DNA from: Macrostomum hystrix
Lineage: Eukaryota; Animalia; Platyhelminthes
Assembly: GCA_950097015.1 (NCBI GenBank)
Contig: CATNEN010000034.1
Location: forward strand, 4,216,001-4,280,000
DNA length: 64,000 bases
Direction of reading: 5' to 3'
Within the stretch, counting starts at the first letter, position 1; each line of letters starts with the position of its first letter. Made by a program: the position numbers and the translations under genes. Under the pieces are notes generated by a model. It ran no database searches, was not told where the DNA came from, and saw only the letters and a list, made by a program, of their open reading frames with translations. Of the stretch, positions 22,301-33,967 are shown one piece after another.

Positions 22301-23752
22301 GCTTGCTGATTGATTGTGTGGGATCTGAGGATTATCCAGCTTGCTGAGAGGTTGTGTGGGATCTGAGGATTATCCAGCTTGCTGATTGACTTTGTAGAAT
22401 CTGAGGATTATCCAGCTTGCTGATTGACTTTGTAGAATCTGAGGATTATCCAGCTTGCTGATTGACTTTGTAGAATCTGAGGATTATCCAGCTTGCTGAT
22501 TGATTGTGTGGGATCTGAGGATTATCCAGCTTGCTGATTGATTGTGTGGGATCTGAGGATTATCCAGCTTGCTGATTGATTGTGTGGGATCTGAGGATTA
22601 TCCAGCTTGCTGATTGATTGTGTGGGATCTGAGGATTATCCAGCTTGCTGAGAGGTTGTGTGGGATCTGAGGATTATCCAGCTTGCTGATTGACTTTGTA
22701 GAATCTGAGGATTATCCAGCTTGCTGATTGACTTTGTAGAATCTGAGGATTATCCAGCTTGCTGATTGACTTTGTAGAATCTGAGGATTATCCAGCTTGC
22801 TGATTGATTGTGTGGGATCTGAGAAGTTTTTCAGATTGCTGGGATTTTTTGGGATCTGAGGATTTTTCTATCTAGCTGGACTGTGGGATCTGAGGATTTT
22901 TCTATCTAGCTGGACCGTGGGATCTGAGGATTTTTCTATCTAGCTAGACTGTGGGATCTGAGGATTTTTCTATCTAGCTGGACCGTGGGATCTGAGGATT
23001 TTTCTATCTAGCTAGACTGTGGGATCTGAGGATTTTTCTATCTAGCTAGACTGTGGGATCTGAGGATTTTTCTATCTAGCTGGACTGTGGGATCTGAGGA
23101 TTTTTCTATCTAGCTGGACTGTGGGATCTGAGGATTTTTCTATCTAGCTGGACCGTGGGATCTGAGGATTTTTCTATCTAGCTGGACCGTGGGATCTGAG
23201 GATTTTTCTATCTAGCTGGACTGTGGGATCTATCTTTCTAGCTGGACTGTGGGATCTATCTTTCTAGCTGGACTGTGGGATCTACTCGTATGGATAACGA
23301 ACCCACAGACTCGAACTCACGCCCTCTTCTTTCACCTTGCCTCGCCGCAGGACGTGCTGGCCAGTCAGCAAAGCGCTGGTCTCGACCGACTCCAGTTTTT
23401 GCCCAACGGCAGCTGGGCCCCCGCTGGCGACTACGCCGCAGCTGCAACCGCTGCTCCGGCAGTCAACACCGAGAGCTCCTCGTCGGCAAAGCCCGAACCA
23501 GCGGCGGCTGGGTCGACTGCGGCAGCCTCTGTTGTTGGCAATCAAAGCGGCGCCCCTACTGGAAGTCATTTCGATCTGACCCTAAGCGACGATGAGACGA
23601 CTCCTGGCGGAGGCGGCGGCGGCGCTGATTCGGCTCCAGTTGAGCAGCAGCAGCAGCAGCAGCAGGCACCTTCACCTCAGGCCGCTGCTCCCGCTCCTCC
23701 GGCTGCAGAACCCATTGTTATCAATCTGGACAGCTCAGATGAGGAGAACTAG
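19348..23752 (+). CDS. PIAS: PIAS-family SUMO E3 ligase (PINIT, SP-RING, SIM; about 474 aa)
   Basis: Exons 19348-19438, 19504-19724, 20796-20924, 20999-21247, 21699-22031 and 23351-23752 are in phase. MPFYDVLETVLPPTSL; VQLR; SLKCPLGKMRI...CSHVQCFDA...WKCPFC; SIM-like FDLTLSDDE and IVINLDSSDEE. The 5' exons are less certain. Confidence 0.92.
19800..19925 (+). mobile_element. Degenerate SINE family A fragment in PIAS intron 2
   Basis: gagctcgaatccgtggcgag...atttgggtcgcagc...cagggccaag...acagtgagagtg follows the family A order. Confidence 0.55.
19975..20750. repeat. 36-bp minisatellite in PIAS intron 2
   Basis: Unit gattatccagcttgctgatagactgtgggatctgag. Confidence 0.95.
21342..21612 (+). mobile_element. 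SINE family A, copy 2 (5'-truncated) in PIAS intron 4
   Basis: ccaaggtccctgagctcg...gagggccaaacttcc...acgatgagaaagtc...tcaccaaatgatgtgccatttcccgcagccc. Confidence 0.85.
22060..23285. repeat. Compound minisatellite in PIAS intron 5 (38-bp unit to about 22830, then 34-bp unit)
   Basis: gaggattatccagcttgctgattgattgtgtgggatct, then gatttttctatctagctggactgtgggatctgag. Confidence 0.95.
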
Positions 23753-24797
23753 CAATCGTTTCTTTATATTACTACTAATAGTAGACCAGACTGGCTTTAT
23801 TCCTATCTGCCTTGCGAAATGAATTTTGTTTTCGCTGCATTTCTCAATACCATAACCGACTACTTGATGCAATTTCTATTTGCGATGCCACTTTAGACTC
23901 TCGATTAGCCCTAAAGTATGTTCATTGCATCTTTAATTTCTATCGCGCTTTGGAACACGAAAAGCTAAAAATGTATTTCAACTTACTACTATTAATTAGT
24001 ACTTTCTGTGTTTCTATTATAGCTTACGCAAGACAGCATTCTCTAATTAGGTTTAACCGATCGATTAAAACGCGTGTGCCATGTGATAATTGGTGCGAAT
24101 GAAATAGTGATAGCAATGTCATTTTTGGTTAGAGCTGACCACTTCGCGGATAAATTTGTTGAATGCTATTAGTTCTACGGTACTTTGTTTTACTTTTCTA
24201 ATAAAAAAGGTTCATCAGACGACTGTGTTGGCTAACCGTGCCCTCTCGACAATTCGTTCTGAATTAACTGTTACGAGCGTACTGTTACGTGAATTTATAG
24301 TTAATTAGTGAAATTATTTCGCAAAGAAACACAAATTTTCTTTCATATTGTTTCTTTAATTTTTATTTTGATAAGATAATATTATTTAACAAGCAAATTA
24401 AATAAAAGTTCCACATGGGATTACAAATAGTATATACTCCTAGTATAGCAGGAATAATATACTCGTATTACAGTTGTTAGGAGAAAAAACACCCAGAAAG
24501 GAATTTCTATCTGAATCACTTACTAAAACGAATAACCACTTCACAGATAATAGTTAAAAAATTTATAATGGTTAGCTATAAAAGTTATAAGTTCGTTGCT
24601 ATAGTAAAGCAGAATACGTCAGAATAATATATAATGATGTCAAAACGTCACCCTACATGGCTTTTATGTGATGTGAATGATCTAATGTTTAAAATGTGTA
24701 GAAAATACTCGTACTTGTATTTATGAGGTGCTTGTAATGCTACACGTGTAGTTTTTTACAACTTTCTTTTGGTACAACTATTAGTAGTTTTTGCCCA

Positions 24798-25678
24798 AGA
24801 CTAAGTAGCTGAAACAGCAAAGACTAAGTAGCTGAAACAGCAAAGACTAAGTAGCTGAAACAGCAAAGCCTAAGTAGCTGAAACAGCAAAGACTAAGTAG
24901 CTGAAACAGCAAAGCCTAAGTAGCTGAAACAGCAAAGACTAAGTAGCTGAAACAGCAAAGACTAAGTAGCTGAAACAGCAAAGACTAAGTAGCTGAAACA
25001 GCAAAGCCTAAGTAGCTGAAACAGCAAAGCCTAAGTAGCTGAAACAGCAAAGACTAAGTAGCTGAAACAGCAAAGACTAAGTAGCTGAAACAGCAAAGCC
25101 TAAGTAGCTGAAACAGCAAAGACTAAGTAGCTGAAACAGCAAAGCCTAAGTAGCTGAAACAGCAAAGCCTAAGTAGCTGAAACAGCAAAGCCTAAGTAGC
25201 TGAAACAGCAAAGCCTAAGTAGCTGAAACAGCAAAGACTAAGTAGCTGAAACAGCAAAGACTAAGTAGCTGAAACAGCAAAGCCTAAGTAGCTGAAACAG
25301 CAAAGCCTAAGTAGCTGAAACAGCAAAGACTAAGTAGCTGAAACAGCAAAGACTAAGTAGCTGAAACAGCAAAGACTAAGTAGCTGAAACAGCAAAGACT
25401 AAGTAGCTGAAACAGCAAAGACTAAGTAGCTGAAACAGCAAAGACTAAGTAGCTGAAACAGCAAAGACTAAGTAGCTGAAACAGCAAAGACTAAGTAGCT
25501 GAAACAGCAAAGACTAAGTAGCTGAAACAGCAAAGACTAAGTAGCTGAAACAGCAAAGACTAAGTAGCTGAAACAGCAAAGCCTAAGTAGCTGAAACAGC
25601 AAAGCCTAAGTAGCTGAAACAGCAAAGACTAAGTAGCTGAAACAGCAAAGACTAAGTAGCTGAAACAGCAAAGCCTAA
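24798..25678. repeat. 23-bp minisatellite, about 38 copies
   Basis: Unit ctaagtagctgaaacagcaaag(a/c). Confidence 0.95.
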
Positions 25679-25762
25679 GGCAAAGCTAATTTGAAACCAT
25701 CCAATTGCTGTATGCTGTAAAATATTCAAAACAATTTTATTTTGTCAATAACGCCCGTAGAA

Positions 25763-26060
25763 TGGGGGGTGAGTGGCAGAGCTGTTAAAGCGTTTGCCTC
25801 TTACTCCAAGGTCCCTGAGCTCGATTCCGCGGCGAGGCCATATTACGAGTAATTTTGGGGCTTGTCGGGCAAATTACGCCATTGGGGGCCAACCTCCAAG
25901 GCACAGTGAAAGCCTGACGATGAGAAAGTCGGACGCCTGTGTGTGTGTGTGCTCAGGAGACGGTGGAATGGGCAGAACTGCCTCCTTGCTGGCTGCGGGT
26001 TCAATATCAGCATAATGATGCGCCATTGTTCGGAGCCCAACTGCAATAATAATTATTATT
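25763..26060 (+). mobile_element. SINE family A, copy 3 (full length) with TSD
   Basis: tRNA-like head gggggtgagtggcagagctgttaaagcg...gagctcgattcc; (AAT)n-like tail; flanked by aacgcccgtagaa (25750-25762) and aacggccgtagaa (26061-26073). Confidence 0.9.
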
Positions 26061-27457
26061 AACGGCCGTAGAAACCTCGACATCAGGATCATTTTTCGCC
26101 CGTATGACGATGGCAACTTAAAAATGTTGCTGAGTGTAATTTTTAGAGTGCACGTGTAGCATTCAACTTTAAAAAATTTTATATTGAGAGTTGAAACGCC
26201 TTTAAAAACGCTACTACCAAATTGAGAAAAAAACAGAAGAAGTTTTTTTAGAAACAGTTTATAAAATGTAAGTTCGATAAGTTGTTCAACATGCGGCAGA
26301 AATGTACTCTGCAATCGATTTAGTTTAGGAAGCGGCTGACCTGGCCTCATTACCTATGTCGCTAATTCGCGCGGCACCGCGGATCGATGAGCTAAAGCAG
26401 GAGTTTTGGTACATTATATATGTAAATTTAATCATTAAATTAGACAAGGCACGGATTCAATAAATCTAACTAACTTGTCGTCCATTGCTGAAGTCGCTGA
26501 ATGGGCCAGAAGCGACCTTACTTGATTCACTGCACCGGCCCTAGCGTACCTGCAAAATAAGGCACTAAATAAAGTACAGGTGACCAGTGATTTACATAAA
26601 ACATCAATTATACTTAATGTTAAAAGCATACTCATATTAATCACTAACCCGTCATTCACCGGCTCCGGATTATCGTGCCGCAGATGTGCTAGTGCTGATC
26701 TGGTGGCACTGCTCAGGGAGCTAAAAGAATACAAATTCAAAGTGATCGTTTCTTATTTGAAGCAAATCCAAAGCTCTTCTTTTGGTACAACTTAATTAAC
26801 ATGTTGCTTCAACGAACTTTACAAAGCTTTATTCCTTAAAATTTTATTAAATCACAAATTAAGCTTGACAGAAATCGATGAGCTATAAATAAGAAAACTA
26901 ATACTAAAACAGGAGCCTTTTATCCGTCTCTAATCGAACATGTCACTTAATTTGTGCAGAGCAATTTTCCCAACTCCATAGTGTATTTTTGGCGAAAACC
27001 AGCCTCCTAAACTTTTTTAAGAAACGAAGTCACCCATTCCTTATATACTCCTAGTTATCATTGACCCGAACAAAATTTCCACCCTAATGGAACTGAAACT
27101 ATGGAACTGAAGCTTTTGTGATTTCAACTTACGCTGGATAGTTTAGATTTTGAATTTCGCTAGCTGCATTTTCCAACTCGTCATATTGTCGGTGCAAATC
27201 CTCTTCAATCCTTACTGTTGGAGGTCTGAAGTTGATGGCAGCCAAGCATTGATTACAAGCTCATTTCCGAAGGTCGAAATTTCGTAGCATAGCTATAATA
27301 ATACAACATTAATAGAAGTCTCACGTGTCTGGAGTGTAAACCATAAGCCGTATGTGATGCCCAACAGCAATGTTCCTGTTAGCGGAATATGTAATAGAAC
27401 TAAATTTAATGTAAAGAAAGCTTGTCTTTGTAAATTAAAATGTACACAAAGAGCACC

Positions 27458-30400
27458 CTACGTTTCGTTCGTCTCAGATCGGTCAGCAGTTGGAGCCGCA
27501 TTCGGCAGACTATCAGGCATTGCGCTCTCCGTATCTAGGATGCCATGCTCGCTCAGCAGTTGACGCATCTCGACATTGCGGCAATTCATTGCCAGTGTTT
27601 TTACACCGATCCCATTGCTATTTACTGCAGTCCGGTTGCAGATGCCCATATCCAATAGCGACTTCACTGTAGACACGGAACCAGACTGAATAGCCAGCAT
27701 CAGTAAAGTTGTACCATCTTTATCAGCGTCTTCCGTCCTCAGGCAGTCTTTATCGGCCAAAAGCTGAAGAACTTCGTGCTTTCCTTTCATCGCAGCCAGT
27801 AACGCTGGCGTGCAACCGTCTGAGTTTAGGCCTGTGCCAAGACTCCGGTCTTGTTCAAGAAAGAGCTTAACAGCTTGAAGGTGACCTAGATAGCTGGCGA
27901 TCATACAGGCTGTGTTGCCATTGTCGTCTGTGGCGTCAACTGAAACGCCCCTGTCCATTAAGAATTTCACCAATTCTGGGTTGTCTAGTTTTGTTACAGC
28001 TATGTGGATCGCGTTTCTTTTTTGGTTATTTTGCCTGTGGATGTCACAGCTGTGGTCTAGCAAAATTTCCATCATGCGCTGATGGCCAAGTAACGCGGCC
28101 TCCATAAGCGGTGTGTCGCCTTCAGCGTTTGGTTCATCAACTGGCGCTCCTTTGCTGATTACATAATTCAAGATTCGTTCCTGATTTCTTGTGACTGCTC
28201 TTTGGACAACTGTATTTCTTTTGAAACACGCGGCTTTGACGTCACACCCAAGTTTTTCAATTAGAAATTTAACCAGGTGCAAGTTACTCGACTCAGTGGC
28301 ACTTAACAGGGCAGTGGTTCCTGATTTTGCATTCCTGTAACCAGCGACATCGATCTGGATAGAACAGAGATACCTAACAATGTTCTGTTGTCCTTGTGCA
28401 CACGCTGCTGGCAGGGCAATGCTCATATTTTCGCAGTTGATTCCTATTGAGTGAAAGAATTTGAAGACATTTTCACAGCCGTTAGCAGCAGCTACGGCGA
28501 TTGGTGAGGGCGAATCAGCAGTCCAACTCAGACTCTTCTCCATTCTGATTTCGAGCAACCGACGGTTGCAACCTTCATCAAGAGTTTTCAGAACCTCCAA
28601 ATTGCCTTCAGCTATCGCATAATCGATGGGAGTCCAACTATTTTCGCATTCTCTAGTAATTTCGAAGCCGTTAGTTATTAAAAAGCTGAACATCTGAGGA
28701 TGTCCCAATTTACCACAAAGATGCAATGCAGTCTGACCGTTTACCTCCGCATGTTGGCGATTCCGAAGTCCCGAAACATGATCAAATATCCATTTCAGAG
28801 TGTAAAGACGCCTGGCAGAGACGGCTGTCAACACGCAATCGAATCCATTGGACGCGCGAGCTTCTGTGTTGCAACATTTGTCAATCAGAATCTTGGCTAA
28901 GTCCTCTCTGCCGTTCAGAATGGAGTGTAAGAATGGTGTAAAGCCACGCTCATCTTTACATTCGATGTCAGCTCCTTTGTCTATAAAAGCTTCAAGGATT
29001 TCTGCGGCGCCGTGATCAACAACATCAAAGAGCACATGACGGCTCTTAGAATCAAATTTGTTTAAGTCGACTCCTTGCTCGAGTAGCCAGAACACAACCT
29101 CTCTACGGCCTCTAGACAGGAGCTTCTTAACAACAAGCTGAGTTGGAAGGCTTTTTGGGTCTATCGTGCCACCACGCCGAATCAGAAGTCTCGACAAATG
29201 CAGGCTTCCATTTTTTAAAGCCAGCATCAAGCTATTGTCGCCATTAGCTGTCTTTGCGCTGACATCGCAACCGGAATCGATGAGAAGCTCAGCCACGTCA
29301 GTCGAGTCATCACCCGTCATTGCCTCATGTAAACAAGTGTAGCCATCCGAGTTCACAAGGTCGATTCTGGCTTTTTTGAGAAGCTGCTCTACACATTCAG
29401 TCAGCTGGTTCTTACAGGCGTGATGAATCGCAGCGAATCCTTTGTGATTCACTCGGTTCACGTCGACTGGAGGTACTGACTCCTTCGAAAGCAGGCTAAT
29501 AGCGAATTCTGGGTGCATTTTTTCGCAGGAAATTATCAAAGCGGTGTTGCCTTCCTCATCTGAAGCATTAGAGTCAATTCCGGTGCTAAGTAGTTCGGAC
29601 ATCAATTCAGTCTTGCCAAGCCCTGCGCGGATTCGAAAAGCTCTCTCTAACTGGCGCTTCATTTGATCCATGCCGCTCTGGGATTCTTGTTCTGTACTAT
29701 CTGGATTTCCCATCTGGGTTCGCGCAATTCCAAGCAGGAACTCCAGCGTCCCTGAATCGCTCGCTCCCGCTGCAAGTGTGATGCATGTTTCCCCGCTGGC
29801 TGTTGCCTTCGTCAAGTCCCATCCGCGGTCATGCAGATCTCGGAGTAGCTTGAGGCAGCCCTTCATGGCGGCAAGATGACAGAGACCAAATCCTTGCGAA
29901 TCTAGGTCTACAAGCTCTTCTTCACGGAATGGCGCAATGAGCTGTGATACTGCATTTTGATCGAGCTTCTCTACTTTATCGATGAAGTAATAAAGACTGC
30001 TATTGCCTGCCCTGTCCTTTTGAAGAAAATCGGCTTCATTGTGAGCAAGATGAAAGAATAACTCTGAATGACTGGCTTGAGCAGCCTTGCAGATCGCACT
30101 TTCTCCATTCTTGTTGCAATGATCCTTTCTATTTCCTTCCCTAATAAGGAAATCGCACACTTGAACAGATCCTTTCGAAGCTGCTAAGGTTAAGCATGAA
30201 TCCTCGTCTAGGGTCAGATCGGTCAGAGGAACATTAATCTCCTTTAGCTTCTCCAGCGTTTTCAAGTCTGCCCCTGAGGCAGCAAAGTGCGCAACAGATT
30301 CGGCGCTACGTGTTTTAATTTCCACATCGATTAATGCTTCAAATGCCTCGTTGAGTACATTCCATTGACATGTTTTAGCAGCTCTAAGGCCAGGAGTGAC

Positions 30401-32914
30401 CCCGTCCTGATCTGGGATGTTAACGTCCGCACCAGCTTCAACCAAACGCCTTATCATTTCATGCTGCCTGGACTCTACCGCATAGTGTAACGCAGTTTTA
30501 CCGTCGATGTCCTGCAGATTAATATCATATTTGTTGTAATACCTTAGCAGTAAATCGATAGATTCTCCATTGCTTGACATGCAAGCGAACATTAGTTCAG
30601 TTTGTTTCTTATCGTTTTGCACTTTCAGCGCGACATTATATTCTAGAAGACATTTTAGTGCATCGCTTGATCCTTTCTTACACGCCAAATGGGCTGGTGT
30701 ATTTCCGTCCCTATTTGGCAAATTCATTAAAATTCCGTGTTCAATTAGAAACTCAGCAACCAAGGACTCTCCTTCAGCCGCAGCGACATGAATCGGAGCA
30801 TCGCCGTTTGCATCTTCAGCATCTAGACAGCAGCCAAGCGCCTCTAGAATAACTACAACATTGCTTTGCCTATGGGATATGGACACGCGTGCTGCATTTT
30901 TACCGTCCTTGTTGCGCCGGTTCACATCGGAACCTTTTGCTGACAAAAGGTGCAAACATGCTGAGTCTGTCTTTGCAGAAGCTAAAAACGGCGTGTTTCC
31001 TTTTTTATCTGCTTTGTCTAAAACCGCGCCCATACTGCACAGACGGGAAATCAATGCTGGATTCTTATTAGCAACTGCCGCATGCAGGCAAGTTTTGCCA
31101 GTCTTGTCGGTGGTATTAGAATCGCACTCGATTCCCTTTCTGCTTGCTAGAAGCTTGACAAGCTTATATTTGTTTTTCTTCACTGCAAGCAGTAGAGGAG
31201 TATCCCCATATCTGTCACTTATATCTGTCTCAAAATTCATATCAACCAGATACTTCAGCATTTGTTCAGACTTATTATGGACTGAAAGCAGAGCTGGAGT
31301 GTGACCCTTTGTATTTCTCCTGCTCAGATCTACTCTTCTTGTCTCCACTAATTGTTGAACTGCTTCGATGCAGTCTTCATAGACTGCCACAATCAAAGGC
31401 GTGTTGCCACTGACATCAGGTATATCTGGTGGAGCCCCAGAATCAATCAAGAAGCGAAGCATTTCAGTATTCTTATTCTTCACCGCAAAGTATATCAATG
31501 TTTGTCCGTTGCAGTCCTCAGCAGAGACGTTGCATTTTTTCGTTCCCACAAGAAACTTCAAAAGCATTAAGTTATTTCTCTGAGCGGCACAAATAATAGC
31601 AGTAACATTGTTCTTGTCTGGTAGGTCCAGATCGGCTTGATACTCATACAACAACCTAACCATCTCAATCTGGTTATTGTACGCGGCGCGTAGAGCAGCT
31701 GATATGCCACTTTTATTCCGATGATTCAAAGCTACATTTTTCTCGAGTAGCGTTTTGAAAACAACGAAGTTGCTTGTCTGTGATGCTGCAAGTAGGCATG
31801 TCTCTCCATCAGTAGTGACTGCATTGAACTGAAGGCAATCTCCAGGAAGCTTTTTGCACAGATAGTTAAAAGCCTCGGTTGAGCCTGATGCGATTGATAA
31901 AAACAGAAGAGAGGTGTTCTCTTTGTCTGTAACATTTAGACTGGCTCCGTGGCTGTGTAGATACTTTACTATATCAAGGTGCATGTTTCCAAGGGCGGAA
32001 AATATCGGAGTCCGGCCTGCTTTGTTTCTATGATTTATATTGCAACGCTGGAAAACCAGAAAGTCAACAATTTCGGCGAAGCCATTCTGCGCTGCACAAA
32101 ATAGTGGTGTGTCGCCATCTTCGTCAGGGAAGTCCAGATTTATGCCATTATCGCAAAGAAATTTTACAATGTCCAGATTACCATTTAGTGACGCAACAAG
32201 AGCTAATGTTCGTGATCGGAAGGTCATGTTGATTACATCTTTGGGTTGGGAGTGCTGCGAAAACCAAAATTTTATCAAGAATATATTTCCTTCCGTTGCG
32301 TATTTAAAAAGTTGCTTCTTATGCCTCTTTTCGCTGCAGGTAAAACTTGCACCTTTTTCAGCCAATATCTTCACAGCCTCTTCGTTTCCTGCTCGAAAAG
32401 CTTTTTCGATTACAGTCTTTCCAGCTTTGTTTCTTACATCGAGGCTGACTTGACTCTCATTGTTATCCAGAAGGGCTCTGGCGAAGGCCAGCTTCCCGGC
32501 AATGATGGCGTACATTAGAGGGGTGTCGCCATCATCATCTTGAGCATTCAAGTCTGCTTTGTGCCTTAAAAATAATCTCAGTAAGTCGGTGTGTCCTCCG
32601 ATTGCTGCACCGCAAAGCCGAGTCTCGTTGAAGACGCCTCTGCTATTAGCATCTGTTCCCATTGTTAAGAGTTGTGAGCATTTAGAGTGATTTCCTTTTC
32701 TTGCGGCAGCATGTAGCTTTTTAACGTCTTTCGGTAATGTCTTTGCCTTCTTCAGGCGTTCCAACTTTTTTTCAACACTTTTGTTTCTTTTTTCTAATTC
32801 TTTGCGTACATTTTCTGCTGAATTTTCCTCTGATCGATGAGGGCTTGCCCCAGACAACAGAAGCGAAAGGAGATCCATGCATGACAGGAGGCACCAGTTA
32901 CTGAAAGATTGCAA
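27458..32914 (-). CDS. Large ankyrin-repeat protein (about 1800 aa in one ORF; possible 3' micro-exons to 26362)
   Basis: Dozens of G.TPL..A....g....v..Ll..GA-type repeats along the whole ORF. No other domain recognised. Likely first ATG at 32878 (MDLLSLL). Confidence 0.92.
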   Translation of the reverse strand: MQSFSNWCLLSCMDLLSLLLSGASPHRSEENSAENVRKELEKRNKSVEKKLERLKKAKTLPKDVKKLHAAARKGNHSKCSQLLTMGTDANSRGVFNETRLCGAAIGGHTDLLRLFLRHKADLNAQDDDGDTPLMYAIIAGKLAFARALLDNNESQVSLDVRNKAGKTVIEKAFRAGNEEAVKILAEKGASFTCSEKRHKKQLFKYATEGNIFLIKFWFSQHSQPKDVINMTFRSRTLALVASLNGNLDIVKFLCDNGINLDFPDEDGDTPLFCAAQNGFAEIVDFLVFQRCNINHRNKAGRTPIFSALGNMHLDIVKYLHSHGASLNVTDKENTSLLFLSIASGSTEAFNYLCKKLPGDCLQFNAVTTDGETCLLAASQTSNFVVFKTLLEKNVALNHRNKSGISAALRAAYNNQIEMVRLLYEYQADLDLPDKNNVTAIICAAQRNNLMLLKFLVGTKKCNVSAEDCNGQTLIYFAVKNKNTEMLRFLIDSGAPPDIPDVSGNTPLIVAVYEDCIEAVQQLVETRRVDLSRRNTKGHTPALLSVHNKSEQMLKYLVDMNFETDISDRYGDTPLLLAVKKNKYKLVKLLASRKGIECDSNTTDKTGKTCLHAAVANKNPALISRLCSMGAVLDKADKKGNTPFLASAKTDSACLHLLSAKGSDVNRRNKDGKNAARVSISHRQSNVVVILEALGCCLDAEDANGDAPIHVAAAEGESLVAEFLIEHGILMNLPNRDGNTPAHLACKKGSSDALKCLLEYNVALKVQNDKKQTELMFACMSSNGESIDLLLRYYNKYDINLQDIDGKTALHYAVESRQHEMIRRLVEAGADVNIPDQDGVTPGLRAAKTCQWNVLNEAFEALIDVEIKTRSAESVAHFAASGADLKTLEKLKEINVPLTDLTLDEDSCLTLAASKGSVQVCDFLIREGNRKDHCNKNGESAICKAAQASHSELFFHLAHNEADFLQKDRAGNSSLYYFIDKVEKLDQNAVSQLIAPFREEELVDLDSQGFGLCHLAAMKGCLKLLRDLHDRGWDLTKATASGETCITLAAGASDSGTLEFLLGIARTQMGNPDSTEQESQSGMDQMKRQLERAFRIRAGLGKTELMSELLSTGIDSNASDEEGNTALIISCEKMHPEFAISLLSKESVPPVDVNRVNHKGFAAIHHACKNQLTECVEQLLKKARIDLVNSDGYTCLHEAMTGDDSTDVAELLIDSGCDVSAKTANGDNSLMLALKNGSLHLSRLLIRRGGTIDPKSLPTQLVVKKLLSRGRREVVFWLLEQGVDLNKFDSKSRHVLFDVVDHGAAEILEAFIDKGADIECKDERGFTPFLHSILNGREDLAKILIDKCCNTEARASNGFDCVLTAVSARRLYTLKWIFDHVSGLRNRQHAEVNGQTALHLCGKLGHPQMFSFLITNGFEITRECENSWTPIDYAIAEGNLEVLKTLDEGCNRRLLEIRMEKSLSWTADSPSPIAVAAANGCENVFKFFHSIGINCENMSIALPAACAQGQQNIVRYLCSIQIDVAGYRNAKSGTTALLSATESSNLHLVKFLIEKLGCDVKAACFKRNTVVQRAVTRNQERILNYVISKGAPVDEPNAEGDTPLMEAALLGHQRMMEILLDHSCDIHRQNNQKRNAIHIAVTKLDNPELVKFLMDRGVSVDATDDNGNTACMIASYLGHLQAVKLFLEQDRSLGTGLNSDGCTPALLAAMKGKHEVLQLLADKDCLRTEDADKDGTTLLMLAIQSGSVSTVKSLLDMGICNRTAVNSNGIGVKTLAMNCRNVEMRQLLSEHGILDTESAMPDSLPNAAPTADRSETNET

Positions 32915-33967
32915 TACGATAACTAATTAAGTATAGAAAGCACAATCGAAACAAAAACGTTCAAATCAGAGCGGAAAATGGGCAAAACGATCGTTTTAAA
33001 CAACAAACGAAGTCAAGAAAAGTTAAAGTTTAAGTGTGGCCTTAAAGTTATTAGTTGTAAATAATTTCATTGATCATACCACGATTGCAACCACTTAAAT
33101 GCCTCTTTTGGTCTTATCAGAATCTATCCAAAAGTATTGTGCTCTTTTTGGGATTATGTAAGCTACATGTTTTGTCCTTTGCCCTTTGATTTAAAAACAA
33201 TCATTTTTTAAATCCATGTCGATTCTGGGGCTTCGTGCGAACCGTAAGCATGTGATGTAACGTATACTTCATTCCTCATTGCGAGGCGACACATGTAATA
33301 AAAGGCACTATTCTGCTCACACTTGTTTCTACTCGCAAAAAGTGCAGAGCTATAATGGCAGGATCTATACACAGATGCGATTTAATAAAATATAGTTAAA
33401 ACTTAAAATATCCGTTTAATTTTCTAGCACAAATTCGGCCATAGACTACGAATTCTGGGGCAGCACACTAACGATTATTTCCACGATATGGCCGGCGAGC
33501 GATATCTAGACACAATATAATAGCTGCAAACCTAGTGAGGAGCGAAGTGAGTTCAAACTTGTAAACAGTAAACACCAACCCTTAGACTTTTTAGACTGTC
33601 TATTTCGGCTTGTTAAGTAGCGAGAACGCATTTGTAATGTACATCTTAGTGTACATTTTTTCTCTAACCCTCTCAGCTATTATCAAGTTCTCGCTTGCAT
33701 CTGTAGGTTAGGGGTGGTTAATTTTATCGATCTTACCGACACCCCCTCTGTCCTTTTCCACTGTGGGACAGCGCACGCGCACGCGCTCAAAATAGGACAA
33801 CAACCCGCCTCCCCCATGGCCATTTTTTAGACTAAGAAGAAAGAAGACTTGGCTGCCCAGCAAAACTAGAAGAATAGCTTGTCTGCCTATCCGCAGGTGT
33901 TTAAAGCATTCCATTTAGATTTAGCGAGTCATTCACATCAAACAGTAGGAAAACTTCCGCACAAACC

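Noticed and set aside
24195-24225. CTGATGA...GAAA on the minus strand
   Set aside because: No complementary helix II or flanking stems; chance match in AT-rich DNA.
27130-27260. Extra ankyrin-gene exon (IEEDLHRQYDELENAASEIQNLNYP followed by GTAAGT)
   Set aside because: It looks coding and has a strong donor, but an in-frame TAA precedes it and I found no phase-compatible acceptor. Left unresolved.
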